Below, in pieces: positions 22,801 to 32,306 of a stretch of DNA of 64,000 nucleotides. A program made the position numbers and the translations under genes. Each line of letters begins with the position of its first letter. Position 1 is the first letter of the stretch. Origin of the DNA: an uncultured Clostridium sp. (lineage in GTDB: Bacteria > Bacillota > Clostridia > TANB77 > CAG-508); NCBI GenBank assembly GCA_948470605.1, contig CAOKPI010000001.1:73581-137580 (forward strand), written 5' to 3'. The notes beneath the pieces are model-generated. The model had not been told where the DNA came from, searched no databases, and saw nothing but the letters and a program-made list of their open reading frames with translations.

Positions 22801-24167
22801 ATTTTTTCGAATTCTTTTACAAGGTTTGATGATTTGTTATATTTGGTTTTGGTGTCATTAAAGGTTTTTAGTAATAATTTCTTTTCAGAAGGGGAAATGA
22901 TTTCTAATTCTTCTATGGCAGTATCAGGCTGTTTTAAAACTTGACGAATTAGACCTAAAATACGTTGATGCATTAAATCAATGTCTTCTGCTGAAAAAAG
23001 GTCTGTTAAAAAATCGTAATGTATAGATAAATTATCTTTTTCTTCTGCTATATTTTTAATGTGAATTTGCAAAGATTCTGCTTGAGAACGGTTGTGTAAC
23101 CATTTACAGAAAGATGGAATGGTTGCATTTTGATAAGAAAAAACAATGTCGTATAGACTATCAGAAAAGTCATGTGTTTTTCTAACAAATTCTAAAATTT
23201 CATGATAAGGGAAACGAAGGTGACGATACATTTGCTTTTGTTTGCTTGCCATAGAGTGACAAAAATCTAGAAAAGAACTAGGCTTTGCTACATTTATGAT
23301 AAAAGGCATAATAGATACAAACATACCAGTCATATGTTTTTCTTTAAAATTGGACCTATTTAAAACAGGATTTCCTATGATAAAGTTATCATGATTAAAA
23401 ATATTTCTAAAATATATGCCAAAAATACTCAATAGAAAGATATATTCAGATAGATTATGCTGGTTACAAAATTCATGAATTTGATTTACTAGTGCTTTAT
23501 CCAAAGCATATACTTCTCGGTCTGCTTGGATGGATACCTTTCTGTTATTTTTAAAAGATATTACGTTGGGCAAAGTTTCAAATTGTTCTTGCCAAAATTC
23601 TTCGTCTTTTTTAAATTTGTCACTTGACATGTATTTATTTTGAGAATGAATAAAGGCAAGATAAGAAGGATTTGGTGTTAAGTCAATTTCCTGCCCATTT
23701 AGAATGGCTAAATAATTTTGATGGATTTCTTGAAGAACGAGTGACATAGTCCAGGCGTCAGCGATTAAATGATGGGCTGTTAAGACAAGAATTCCGCTAC
23801 CGTCTGGAAATCTTAATAGTTTGGTTAAGAATAGAAAATGGTCTAGTATTTCTATTTGTTGCATGGGAAAAGAAGCTTCGAATTCTAATAATTGTGTTTC
23901 GTCTTTTAAGTCTATGATTTCAATATTTTCATAAATAAAGTCATCAAAATATTGCTTGGGAGAAGAGTCTTCTAACATGATTTTTGTTTTGAAGGAGTCG
24001 TTTTTCATGATTAAGTAGTTGACTGCTTTTTCTAATGCTTTAAAATCAGCGTTTTTGTCAATTTTTAAATAACCGACAATATTGTTGATATTTGTGTTGT
24101 CGTAGAATTGCTCTGTCATCCAAATTGATTTTTGTGGATTGGTTAGTTCATATATTTCTTTTTCCAT
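19893..24167 (-). CDS. Monomodular NRPS: condensation-adenylation-thiolation-thioester reductase (C-A-T-R)
   Basis: C: LTNPQKSIW, HHLIADA; A: YTSGSTGIPK, NLYGPTE, YKTGD, GRKDHQVKIRGYRVE; T: DIFDYHIDSL; R: GCTGYLG, YIQTK. Confidence 0.92.
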   Translation of the reverse strand: MEKEIYELTNPQKSIWMTEQFYDNTNINNIVGYLKIDKNADFKALEKAVNYLIMKNDSFKTKIMLEDSSPKQYFDDFIYENIEIIDLKDETQLLEFEASFPMQQIEILDHFLFLTKLLRFPDGSGILVLTAHHLIADAWTMSLVLQEIHQNYLAILNGQEIDLTPNPSYLAFIHSQNKYMSSDKFKKDEEFWQEQFETLPNVISFKNNRKVSIQADREVYALDKALVNQIHEFCNQHNLSEYIFLLSIFGIYFRNIFNHDNFIIGNPVLNRSNFKEKHMTGMFVSIMPFIINVAKPSSFLDFCHSMASKQKQMYRHLRFPYHEILEFVRKTHDFSDSLYDIVFSYQNATIPSFCKWLHNRSQAESLQIHIKNIAEEKDNLSIHYDFLTDLFSAEDIDLMHQRILGLIRQVLKQPDTAIEELEIISPSEKKLLLKTFNDTKTKYNKSSNLVKEFEKIVQQYPKHIAVTDKNSSYTYEELNQKANFLAQKIIEQNISTNIIAFSLNRSVSMIVTILAILKSGHTYLPIDPEYPMERIEFMLENSHTKILITNQKFYQKINYSGTCITYENLTFDQKIANPNLSIPPNKPCYIMYTSGSTGIPKAVTIRHNNVLNFVNSMQQHLDYTFSPNNKVLSVTTVCFDIFVFELFPTLLSGLTLVIADELENKSPKLLSHILQKHGITKLLTTPSRVELLLSDTTYVKALSTIKEFILGGEPLPLTLLHKLQEHTKANIFNLYGPTETTVYSTIKDVTNSSFITIGKPLPNTQIYILNDNQHLQPIGLVGEIYIGGDGVGCGYYHDSEKTNTAFVPNPYGDDIIYKTGDLGYWKANGELVCLGRKDHQVKIRGYRVELDDISNHILTFEGIDKCVVIDKMDKNEKKYLCAYYVSQDEIDTAELKKYLVDILPHYMIPNYFVALDNIPLTFNHKVDRKALPEPNLKDISIATKYVKPSTKIEKDLCSIFKTCLSISKIGIENDIFDYHIDSLDIIRIQTKMLEYDYQLNTQDFYQNRTIQNLAQLIEHNKQEKTEELDVSYLTNVNYSFNQHPSFLQFTKKHYSNILLLGCTGYLGIHLLKELLTNSDSHITCMVRHKNDENATKRLSDLYRFYFNKKLPFNRIDVIDSDITKPRFGLSASQYKELAQSIDLAVNTAANVKYYGEYEQFKKINVDVVEHLIDLCMKYDIELVHISTLGVSGNYLVNHQKNFNHFDENNFYIGQQYNQNVYIQTKFEAEKSIYEKTLEGLNATILRVGNLTSRYDDGSFQQNFEANAFYNILMMILKYHILPNTMVSEFLEFTPVDYCAKAISQLIFNVETTRYVFHLFNENYIRVSDLLEILETFGFSTEILSGNDFKQKIVALSNQHPEENILKGIVNDLDDTLGLSFRSTVNQKNLYTNSCLEKLNFEWPEITTEYIEKIMDYLRKKKYLL

Positions 24168-24367
24168 TTTTGCTCCTTGTTTTTTAGTAAATTATATAGT
24201 TTTTTACTTGAAAATGTCAATACTTAAACATATTTAAGTTTTGATATGGTAAAAGAAAAATTAAACACAGAGAGAATTGCAATATTTTGCAAAAAGTGTT
24301 ACAATAAAAGAGAAGCAACAGTAGAAGTACGCCATACTGTAGTGTGGCAGAAAGATGAGGTAGAGAC

Positions 24368-24556
24368 ATGGCAAAAAAAGTAAAAGACAAAAAAAGTAAA
24401 AGGCAACAAGAGTTAGACGAGCTGGCAAAAGAGCTTAAAGTGATTACGGATTCAAGTACTAAAGCACCTTCAACAACAGAGTTGGCGGAAGAAATGAAAG
24501 TATGTAGAATACTAGGACTTTCAACCGAAGCAATGCCAGTGGTTACAAGAAAGTAA
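24368..24556 (+). CDS. Small hypothetical protein
   Basis: RBS GAGGT, 62 aa, followed by a terminator-like hairpin at ~24581-24608. Confidence 0.55.
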   Translation: MAKKVKDKKSKRQQELDELAKELKVITDSSTKAPSTTELAEEMKVCRILGLSTEAMPVVTRK

Positions 24557-24715
24557 GGCAAAAAGAAATCTTAGCTAAAAAGAGGAGGGAGTGATATCCC
24601 TCTTATTTTTAATAATTTTTATTTCATCATTATGAGTTTCAAAAAATCAGATAAAAAATGATAAAACAGTTTAAAAAAAGAAATCTTGGACACACTATTC
24701 TAGAGGTGAAAAAGA

Positions 24716-25850
24716 TTGAAAAGAAAGAGAATAAACCATCCAAAAAAAGTAATCATAACTACCATTTTAACAATAATTGTTTGGATATTTGTAGTTTATT
24801 TATATATTACATATAAAAATATCGAAGTAAATCCCTCAAATTATGAAGCAACTAGAACACAATCCACATATGAGGAACAAACTGTGGAAAGCGTGGAAGA
24901 AAATAGTAAATCAGTAGCAGATGTAATAGAAGAAACAACCAGAAAAGTAGTTGGAATTTCAAAATTGAGAAATGCAGGAAATAGCATTTTGTCAAAAAGT
25001 ACGGAGAGTGAATTAGGATTAGGAACTGGTATGATTGTAACAGAAGATGGCTATATTTTAAGCAATGAACATGTAACAGGAGAAAAGTATAGCAAATGTT
25101 ATATCACATTAGAAAATGGAACTAACTATGATGGGACAGTGGTATGGAGTGATTCGGATTTAGATTTATCCATTACGAAAATAAATGCTAAAAATCTAGA
25201 ATACGTAACATTAGGAAACTCTAGTAAAATCCGAGTAGGAGAGACCGTATATGCCATTGGGAATCCGATTCGGTTTTGAGTTTAGAAGAACCGTAACATC
25301 AGGCATTGTCAGTGCTAAAAATAGAACCATAAAAATAGAGGAGGAAAATAAAGCCTCTTATATGACAGACTTAATTCAAACAGATGCTACGATTAATCCA
25401 GGTAATAGTGGTGGCCCTTTAATCTATCCAAATGGGGAAGTTTTGGGGATTAATACAGTTAAGATATCATCAGCAGAGGGAATTGGTTTTGCGGTTCCTA
25501 TTAATATTATTAAACCAATTATTGATAGCTTTAAAAATACAGGTCAATTTGAAGAAGCTACTATTGGCATTTATGCTTATGACAAAGAAGTAATTCCTTA
25601 CTTAAATGCGAGTTCTACTGTGAATTTTGAAAAAGGAATTTACGTGGCTCAAATCACCAAAAATGGTTCAGCAGATGGCACAGAGTTAAAAGAGGGGGAT
25701 GTTATAACTAGTATTGATAATGTAGCTCTTAATACGATGAATCATTTAAGACAATATATTTATACGAAAAAACCTAATGATGAGGTAACATTAAAGGTGA
25801 CAAGAGGAAAGATTAATAAGGAAATAAAAATTGTGTTAGGAAAAAAATAA
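24716..25850 (+). CDS. htrA: HtrA/DegP family serine protease with PDZ, ~377 aa when joined by +1 shift at CGGT (25271-25274)
   Basis: N-terminal TM, SNEHV (His), DLDL (Asp), [25 protein letters not shown] (Ser), PDZ. Confidence 0.85.
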
Positions 25851-25856
25851 AACAAA

Positions 25857-25883
25857 ACCCCCAGCCAAATTGCGACTGGGGGT
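25857..25883. terminator. Hairpin between convergent htrA and M23 genes
   Basis: ACCCCCAG...CTGGGGGT. Confidence 0.6.
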
Positions 25884-25887
25884 GCAA

Positions 25888-26937
25888 TTATTCCATTAGG
25901 CTAGCTTCCATAAAATCAAATTTTCTTTCATAATCTTTCGTTTCTTGATTTGCCATATACACCTCACTACGATTTTTCTTTAAAAACTCAATGATTTGAT
26001 ACACATCAATCCAGATTTCATTTGGGCTATCCACTTGAGACTCATCAAAAATCAATTGCATCCCAAAATGCAAATGAGGAACATTAATATTATTTACATT
26101 TTCTTTTGTACTATAGCCAGTCATACCAAGATAACCAATTACATCTCCTGATTTTACTGTCGAACCTTCTTCTAATCCTTCCGCATAAGGATGATTTTTT
26201 CTTAAATGAGCGTAATAATAATATCGTTTGGTATCAAAACTACGGATACCAATTCGCCAGCCACCATATTGATTCCAACCAATGTTTTCAATTATTCCCG
26301 ATTCTACGGCAATAATAGGAGTACCAATGCTACCCATTAGGTCGTTTCCCAAATGCGTTCTTTTGAAACCATAAGACCTGGAATTTCCAAAATCATCATA
26401 ATGACTAAAAGAATAATTTTTAGCAATGGGAAGAAAGGCTTTTAATCCATACTTTTCTTGATAGGATTTTGTGCCATCCTCCTTGGCGGTTTCAATCGAA
26501 TAGTTACCGATAAAACCACCTAAAATAGCAGAATAGCTTTCGTAATAATAATCATAAAATTTCATGTTTTGTGTTAAATCTTCCATATTTTGCCCATTTT
26601 TTAATTCTTCTACTAAAAGATTTAAGTCTTTTGTACTAAAATTTTTGAAATTACCACCATTTTTGCAAGATAAATAAGCTAGTAATTCAATCCAGTTATA
26701 TACGATTTCTCCTTCTTTATTGTGAGAATCTATATCTAGCTTAGCCGTTAAATTTAAAGCTTCAGAAGTAACATTAAAATCTACCCATTTGATAAAATCC
26801 TTTTTTTCTTTTGAAGTTTCGTCTTCAGAAGTATCATTGGCAAAGGAATAAAAAATAGCAATGCTAGATACTAAAAGCATGATAATAATAGAAAATATAA
26901 TTAGTTTTTTACTGATTTTAAAGGATTTGATTAACAA
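25888..26937 (-). CDS. M23 family metallopeptidase
   Basis: HLGND, YYYAHL, PHLHFG motifs; N-terminal signal/TM. Confidence 0.88.
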   Translation of the reverse strand: MLIKSFKISKKLIIFSIIIMLLVSSIAIFYSFANDTSEDETSKEKKDFIKWVDFNVTSEALNLTAKLDIDSHNKEGEIVYNWIELLAYLSCKNGGNFKNFSTKDLNLLVEELKNGQNMEDLTQNMKFYDYYYESYSAILGGFIGNYSIETAKEDGTKSYQEKYGLKAFLPIAKNYSFSHYDDFGNSRSYGFKRTHLGNDLMGSIGTPIIAVESGIIENIGWNQYGGWRIGIRSFDTKRYYYYAHLRKNHPYAEGLEEGSTVKSGDVIGYLGMTGYSTKENVNNINVPHLHFGMQLIFDESQVDSPNEIWIDVYQIIEFLKKNRSEVYMANQETKDYERKFDFMEASLME

Positions 26938-26990
26938 AGAAATTCACCCCATACTAATATATATGGAGTGAATAAAAGCGATATGCCATA

Positions 26991-27584
26991 CTATTTTAAC
27001 AAGTCTCGAATTACATTATATAGATAGGGTTTGTATTCTTCAATGGGTAAAGGATTTTGATACAAAATGGAGTCGAAACAAGTGGCACTTACTAATTCGA
27101 TAATCATAAATAAAGTCACTTTAGGATTTTTTAGCTTAATATTATTTTCTTCTACTCCTTTTAAAAATAAAGAATATAGACCATCTTGTTTTTCTTCTTG
27201 CTTGTCATATAATTTTAAAATGGTTTCATTATAAACTCCCCAAGATAAATTTTTAGAAATGAATTTTAAAAGAAGCGGATTTTTGACTAATTCATCTATT
27301 ACATAATTAATAATAAAAATAATTTGGTCAGAAAAATCTTGTATATCGTTTTTTCGCATTTTAGATAAGGCTTCTGAAAATAATTTTTCTGATTTTCGAG
27401 TAATTAGAATATCTCGAATTTCATATTTATCTTTAAAATATAAGTAAAAAGTACCTTTTGCTACACTAGCATTGTCTACTATCTCTTGGATAGAAGTGCT
27501 TTTAATTCCTTTTTCTGTGAATAGTTTAAAAGCGGTTTCTAATAGCCTGCTTTCTTTTTCGTTTTTTTGTTCATTTATTTTCAT
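26991..27584 (-). CDS. TetR family regulator (start reassigned to ATG 27584)
   Basis: SIQEIVDNASVAKGTFYLYFKDK HTH; RBS AAGGGAG before 27584. Confidence 0.88.
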   Translation of the reverse strand: MKINEQKNEKESRLLETAFKLFTEKGIKSTSIQEIVDNASVAKGTFYLYFKDKYEIRDILITRKSEKLFSEALSKMRKNDIQDFSDQIIFIINYVIDELVKNPLLLKFISKNLSWGVYNETILKLYDKQEEKQDGLYSLFLKGVEENNIKLKNPKVTLFMIIELVSATCFDSILYQNPLPIEEYKPYLYNVIRDLLK

Positions 27585-27607
27585 CTTAAATCTCCCTTGG
27601 AACATAG

Positions 27608-27694
27608 AGGACATAGGACATGGGGACGTAGATAATGTCCCTATTTTTATGGATAAATAGGGACATTATCTACGTCCCCATGTCCCCATGTCCT
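27608..27694. repeat. REP-like inverted repeat in the tetR leader
   Basis: GGACATGGGGACGTAGATAATGTCCCTATTT and reverse complement. Confidence 0.85.
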
Positions 27695-27751
27695 ATTTTT
27701 CTTCTATTATGGCATAAAATAAAAAAATAATCAATAAAAATATAAAAAGTA

Positions 27752-27802
27752 TTGACTAATGGTCATAAAAGTAATATAATATCAAGAAATGACCAATGGT
27801 CA
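27752..27802 (+). promoter_or_regulatory. sigma70 promoter with two TGACYAATGGTCA operators (likely TetR sites)
   Basis: TTGACT 27752-27757, 17 bp, TATAAT 27775-27780; palindromes at 27753-27765 and 27790-27802. Confidence 0.75.
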
Positions 27803-27837
27803 TTTTGAAAAATAATTGTTAAGAAGGGAGATTTAAA

Positions 27838-29907
27838 ATGTTTCGACTTAAATTTGGAGAGTTTGTGTGCAAACATAGAAAGACAATATTACTCATTGCA
27901 ATTCTCTTATTGATACCATCTATCATAGGAATGAAAATGACGCGAATTAATTATGATATTTTGGTTTATCTGCCAGAAGATATTGAAACCATTCAAGGGG
28001 AAAAGATATTATCAGAGGATTTCAATATGGGAGCTTTTTCTATGATTGTGCTAGAAAACATGAAAACAAAAGATATTGTACAATTAGAAAATAAAATGAA
28101 GGAAATTGAGAATGTAGAAAAGGTCATTGGAATGGCAGATGTAGTAGGTACTAGCATTCCAACAGAGATGATACCAGATGAGATAAAAGATAAGATTTAT
28201 AAAGACGGAAATACGGTATTGTTAACTACTTTTAAAGATAGTATTTCATCTGATACCACAATGAAGACAATTGAGACATTAAGGGAGATAACAAATGAAC
28301 AATGCAAAATAAGTGGCATGTCAGCAACGGTATTAGATACAAGAAATTTAGCTAATTCTGAAATTGCGATTTATGTTATGATTGCAGTATTATTGTGTAT
28401 TATTATTTTACAAGTGGCTTTAGACTCCTATGTAGCACCCATTTTTTTACTACTTAATATAGGAATTGCTATTTTATACAATATGGGAAGCAATATTTTC
28501 TTAGGACAAATTTCCTATATTACAAAAGCCATCAGTGCTGTGCTTCAATTAGGAGTAACGATGGATTTTGCTATCTTTTTATATCATAGTTATCAAGCAG
28601 AACAAGGCAATTTTTCTAATAAAAACGAAGCCATGGCACATGCGATTAGTAAAACAATGGTATCTGTTATTGGAAGTTCTTTAACGACCATAGCCGGTTT
28701 TTTGGCACTTTGTAGTATGAATTTAACCTTAGGAAAAGACATTGGAATTGTTATGGCAAAAGGCGTTCTATTAGGTGTTATATGTGTTATTACGGTTTTA
28801 CCAGCTATGTTATTGACATTTGATAACCTAATCGAAAAAACAAAACACAAAGAAATTATGCCTAAATTTGTAGGAATTAAAAATTTCGCCATCAAGCATT
28901 ATAAAGCCATTATCCTTGTATTTATTATGATTTTACCAATTGCTATTTATGGCTATACCCATACGGAGGTATATTATAACTTAGATAAATCACTACCAGA
29001 TACCTTACCAAGCGTGGAAGCTAACAATACCCTAAAAGAGAAATTTAATATTGTATCAGCAGAAGTGCTATTGGTAGATAAGAATATTCCAAATTACAAA
29101 GTCAATGAAATGTTAGATAAAATAGAAGAAGTAGATGGCATTGAATGGACATTAGGATATCCAAAAGTAGCAGGTGTGATACCAGATACTGTATTGAGCA
29201 GTGATACAAAGAGTGTATTTGAAAATGATGCTTATCAGATGATAATTATAAATTCAAAATATGAAATGGCGACAGATGAATTAAATGAGCAAATTACACA
29301 AGTAAATGAAATTATTAAGCAATATGATGACAAGGCAATCTTGGCAGGAGAAGGACCACTTATGAAAGATTTGGTAGAGATTAGTGACCATGATTTTAAT
29401 AGTGTTAATGTCGTGTCAATTGGTGTGATATTTGTCATTATGATTATGGTATTAAAATCTATTTCGCTACCAGTGATTCTAATTGCTGTGATTGAATTTG
29501 CAATTTTTATTAATATGGGAATTCCAGCTTTTACGAATACAACCTTGCCATTTGTGGCGTCGATTGTAATTGGAACGATACAATTGGGGGCAACCATTGA
29601 TTATGCGATTTTAATTACAACAAAATATATTGGAAATCGAAAAGAGGGCAAAAACAAGAAAGATGCCATTGATGAGGCACTTGGTAGCTCTATTAGCTCG
29701 ATTATTGTTAGTGGATTGTGCTTCTTTGGAGCAACTTTCGGTGTGGGTGCTTATTCCAAGATTGAGATGATTGGCTCACTTTGTACCTTAATGTCAAGGG
29801 GTGCTGTTATTAGTATGATTGTCGTTGTTACAGTTTTACCAGCATTTTTGATGGTGTTTGACCGATTAATTTGTAAGACGACTGCTAACATAAAAACAAT
29901 AAATTAA
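27838..29907 (+). CDS. MMPL/RND family transporter
   Basis: Two repeats of 1+5 TM; GVTMDFAIFL and GATIDYAIL motifs. Confidence 0.88.
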   Translation: MFRLKFGEFVCKHRKTILLIAILLLIPSIIGMKMTRINYDILVYLPEDIETIQGEKILSEDFNMGAFSMIVLENMKTKDIVQLENKMKEIENVEKVIGMADVVGTSIPTEMIPDEIKDKIYKDGNTVLLTTFKDSISSDTTMKTIETLREITNEQCKISGMSATVLDTRNLANSEIAIYVMIAVLLCIIILQVALDSYVAPIFLLLNIGIAILYNMGSNIFLGQISYITKAISAVLQLGVTMDFAIFLYHSYQAEQGNFSNKNEAMAHAISKTMVSVIGSSLTTIAGFLALCSMNLTLGKDIGIVMAKGVLLGVICVITVLPAMLLTFDNLIEKTKHKEIMPKFVGIKNFAIKHYKAIILVFIMILPIAIYGYTHTEVYYNLDKSLPDTLPSVEANNTLKEKFNIVSAEVLLVDKNIPNYKVNEMLDKIEEVDGIEWTLGYPKVAGVIPDTVLSSDTKSVFENDAYQMIIINSKYEMATDELNEQITQVNEIIKQYDDKAILAGEGPLMKDLVEISDHDFNSVNVVSIGVIFVIMIMVLKSISLPVILIAVIEFAIFINMGIPAFTNTTLPFVASIVIGTIQLGATIDYAILITTKYIGNRKEGKNKKDAIDEALGSSISSIIVSGLCFFGATFGVGAYSKIEMIGSLCTLMSRGAVISMIVVVTVLPAFLMVFDRLICKTTANIKTIN

Positions 29908-30166
29908 AGTTTATTTAAAATTTATTATATTTTTTCTTGTGACTCCCAGCTTCACACCGTCTGTAATTCCATAAAAATATAATAAATTAACTTAAAGATG
30001 ATAAATTTTCAAAATGTTCGTTCAACTAATTTTCATAGAAATTCTAAGTCAATTTTATGGCTCCTTTTCAAAACGAGTTTGAACTATTTCCATAAAATTG
30101 ACAAAGAATTTCTACCTAAAATTACTTTCAATTCACTTTTTTCAAATTTATCATTTTTAAGTTAAT
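29906..30166. other. Two adjacent long imperfect hairpins inside the MMPL operon
   Basis: 29906-29990 resembles 19754-19879; ~29987-30166 has arms TAACTTAAA.ATGATAAATTT, TAGAAATTCT, GTCAATTTTATGG and their complements. Confidence 0.5.
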
Positions 30167-30193
30167 ATTAGAAAAAGAAAGGAAGGATTAGAA

Positions 30194-32092
30194 ATGAATT
30201 TAAAAACAAAAAATAAAATTATATCAGGTACATTATTGTGTACAATGTGTGCATACACATTACCTGTTTTTGCTTATACAAAGGATGAAACCGTTTATTC
30301 GAAAGTGAATAGTAAAGGAGAAAAATATCAAACAATCGTAAGTACGCATATTGAAAATAAGGAAGAATTACAGTTAATGAATGACATGTCTGATTTAATA
30401 AATGTTGAAAATACTAATGGTGATGAGGAATTCACACAAGAGGGCAATTCCTTAGTATGGAAAGCAGACAAAAAAGATATTTATTATCAAGGAGAAAGTC
30501 AAAAAGACTTACCAATTGCATGTGATGTGAAATATCAGTTAGATGGAAAAGAAGTAAAGGCAGAAGAACTTTTAGGAAAGTCAGGACATGTAAAAATAAC
30601 CATACAATATACCAATAAAGAGGAGCATATGGTAAACATCAATGGTAGTCAACAAAAAATGTATACCCCTTTTATAGTAGTAGCAGGAACCATTTTACAA
30701 AATGATAAAAATAAAAACATAGAGATTTCAAATGGAAAAGTTATTAACGATGGAAGCAAAGCTATGGTAATGGGAATGGCATTGCCAGGTCTACAAGAAA
30801 GTTTAAATGTTAAAAAAGCAGATATAGAGATACCAAATAATATTGAAATTAGCATGGATGCAACTAATTTTGAATTAGGAAATGTTATTACTTTTGTAAC
30901 GCCAAAGGTATTAGAAGAAAAGGATTTAAGTATTTTTGATGAACTAGATAAGATATACAATCAAGTCAATACATTACAAACAGCAAGTAATCAAATGCAA
31001 GAAGGTAGTCAAACATTAGCAGAAGGAACAAATCAATTAGCTTCTGGTACAAAGGATTTAAAACAAGGTACGAATGTAGCATATCATGGAGCAAAACAAA
31101 TTCAAACAGAAATTACAAAGGCAACGAACCAATTAGCAAATGATAAGAGCGAAGCATTGGATAAAAATACATTAAATGCGATTGGGGAAAAAGCAAAGCA
31201 AACAGCTATTTTATCGGAGGCACAAAAAGTACAGATAGGGAATCAAGCACAAACAACAGCAATGCAAACCATTCAAAATCAGAAAAAGGCAATAGGAGAG
31301 AAGGCATCAGCTCAAGCAACCAATCAAGTAGGAACAATGGCATTAACACAAGCACAAAAACAACAAATAATGGCAAGTGTAAAAAAAGGCTTAGAAGCAA
31401 ATGCTAATTATAAAGCTTTACCAGCAGAACAAAAAGCAATGGTTTTACAATTTTCTCAAAATTCAGCTGTAACAGCAGCAGAAACAACGGCAAAACAAAC
31501 AGCAACACAAGTGGCAAAACAAGTAGCGAATCAAACGGCACAATCTGTGGCAGAACAAGTAGCTGGAAATGTAGCGAACCAAACCGCACAAACGGTGGCT
31601 CAAACAACAGCAACACAAGTGGCTCAAACAACAGCAACAACCACGGCAAGACAAGTGGCAAATCAAGTAAAAGCAACAGCTCAAAGTAAAGTTGTTTCAC
31701 AAATGAATACGTTAGGGCAAGGTTTAAATCAATTAACAGATGGATTGAATAGCTTAAATGATGGCGCAAATACTTTGGATAGTGGAGCGAGCGAATTACA
31801 TCAAGGTGCTGATACGCTAGCACAAGGGATAAAGACTTTTAATGAAGATGGCATTAAAAAGATTTGTAATTATGTGAATGGTGACTTGAAGGATATAACT
31901 GAAAGAGTTGAAAAATTAGCTGAGTTGTCAAAGGAATATGATAATTTTACCATGCTAAATGGAGAGAATAGCGGTAATGTTAAGTTTATTATGATTATGG
32001 ATGCAATTAAAAAACAAGAGGATAAAGATAACACAAAAGAGGAAATGATTTTTCCTTCACAAAAAGGTGAGGATACAAAAGAAGATAGATAA
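30194..32092 (+). CDS. YhgE/Pip-like secreted coiled-coil protein
   Basis: Signal peptide, KDETVY, LxxG heptads (LAEGTNQLASGT), Ala/Gln/Thr repeats. Confidence 0.7.
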   Translation: MNLKTKNKIISGTLLCTMCAYTLPVFAYTKDETVYSKVNSKGEKYQTIVSTHIENKEELQLMNDMSDLINVENTNGDEEFTQEGNSLVWKADKKDIYYQGESQKDLPIACDVKYQLDGKEVKAEELLGKSGHVKITIQYTNKEEHMVNINGSQQKMYTPFIVVAGTILQNDKNKNIEISNGKVINDGSKAMVMGMALPGLQESLNVKKADIEIPNNIEISMDATNFELGNVITFVTPKVLEEKDLSIFDELDKIYNQVNTLQTASNQMQEGSQTLAEGTNQLASGTKDLKQGTNVAYHGAKQIQTEITKATNQLANDKSEALDKNTLNAIGEKAKQTAILSEAQKVQIGNQAQTTAMQTIQNQKKAIGEKASAQATNQVGTMALTQAQKQQIMASVKKGLEANANYKALPAEQKAMVLQFSQNSAVTAAETTAKQTATQVAKQVANQTAQSVAEQVAGNVANQTAQTVAQTTATQVAQTTATTTARQVANQVKATAQSKVVSQMNTLGQGLNQLTDGLNSLNDGANTLDSGASELHQGADTLAQGIKTFNEDGIKKICNYVNGDLKDITERVEKLAELSKEYDNFTMLNGENSGNVKFIMIMDAIKKQEDKDNTKEEMIFPSQKGEDTKEDR

Positions 32093-32306
32093 AATACTAC
32101 GGATAGACATATTTTAAGATGATTTCAAAAAAAATCATAGAAAAAGTAACAAAAAAGTAATAAAAAAGTAATATTTCCAATAAAAATACATTCCCTAAGC
32201 TTATAAAAGCAAATGTAAACTAGAGAAGAGAAAAAGATATTGACTTTCTAGTTTATTTATTTTTTAATATAAATAGCTACAATTGTATGAAAGAAAGGGA
32301 AGTTTT

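Noticed and set aside
30194-32092. EsaA component of the T7SS
   Set aside because: No C-terminal multi-TM region, 14 kb from essC, and located in a TetR-MMPL operon.
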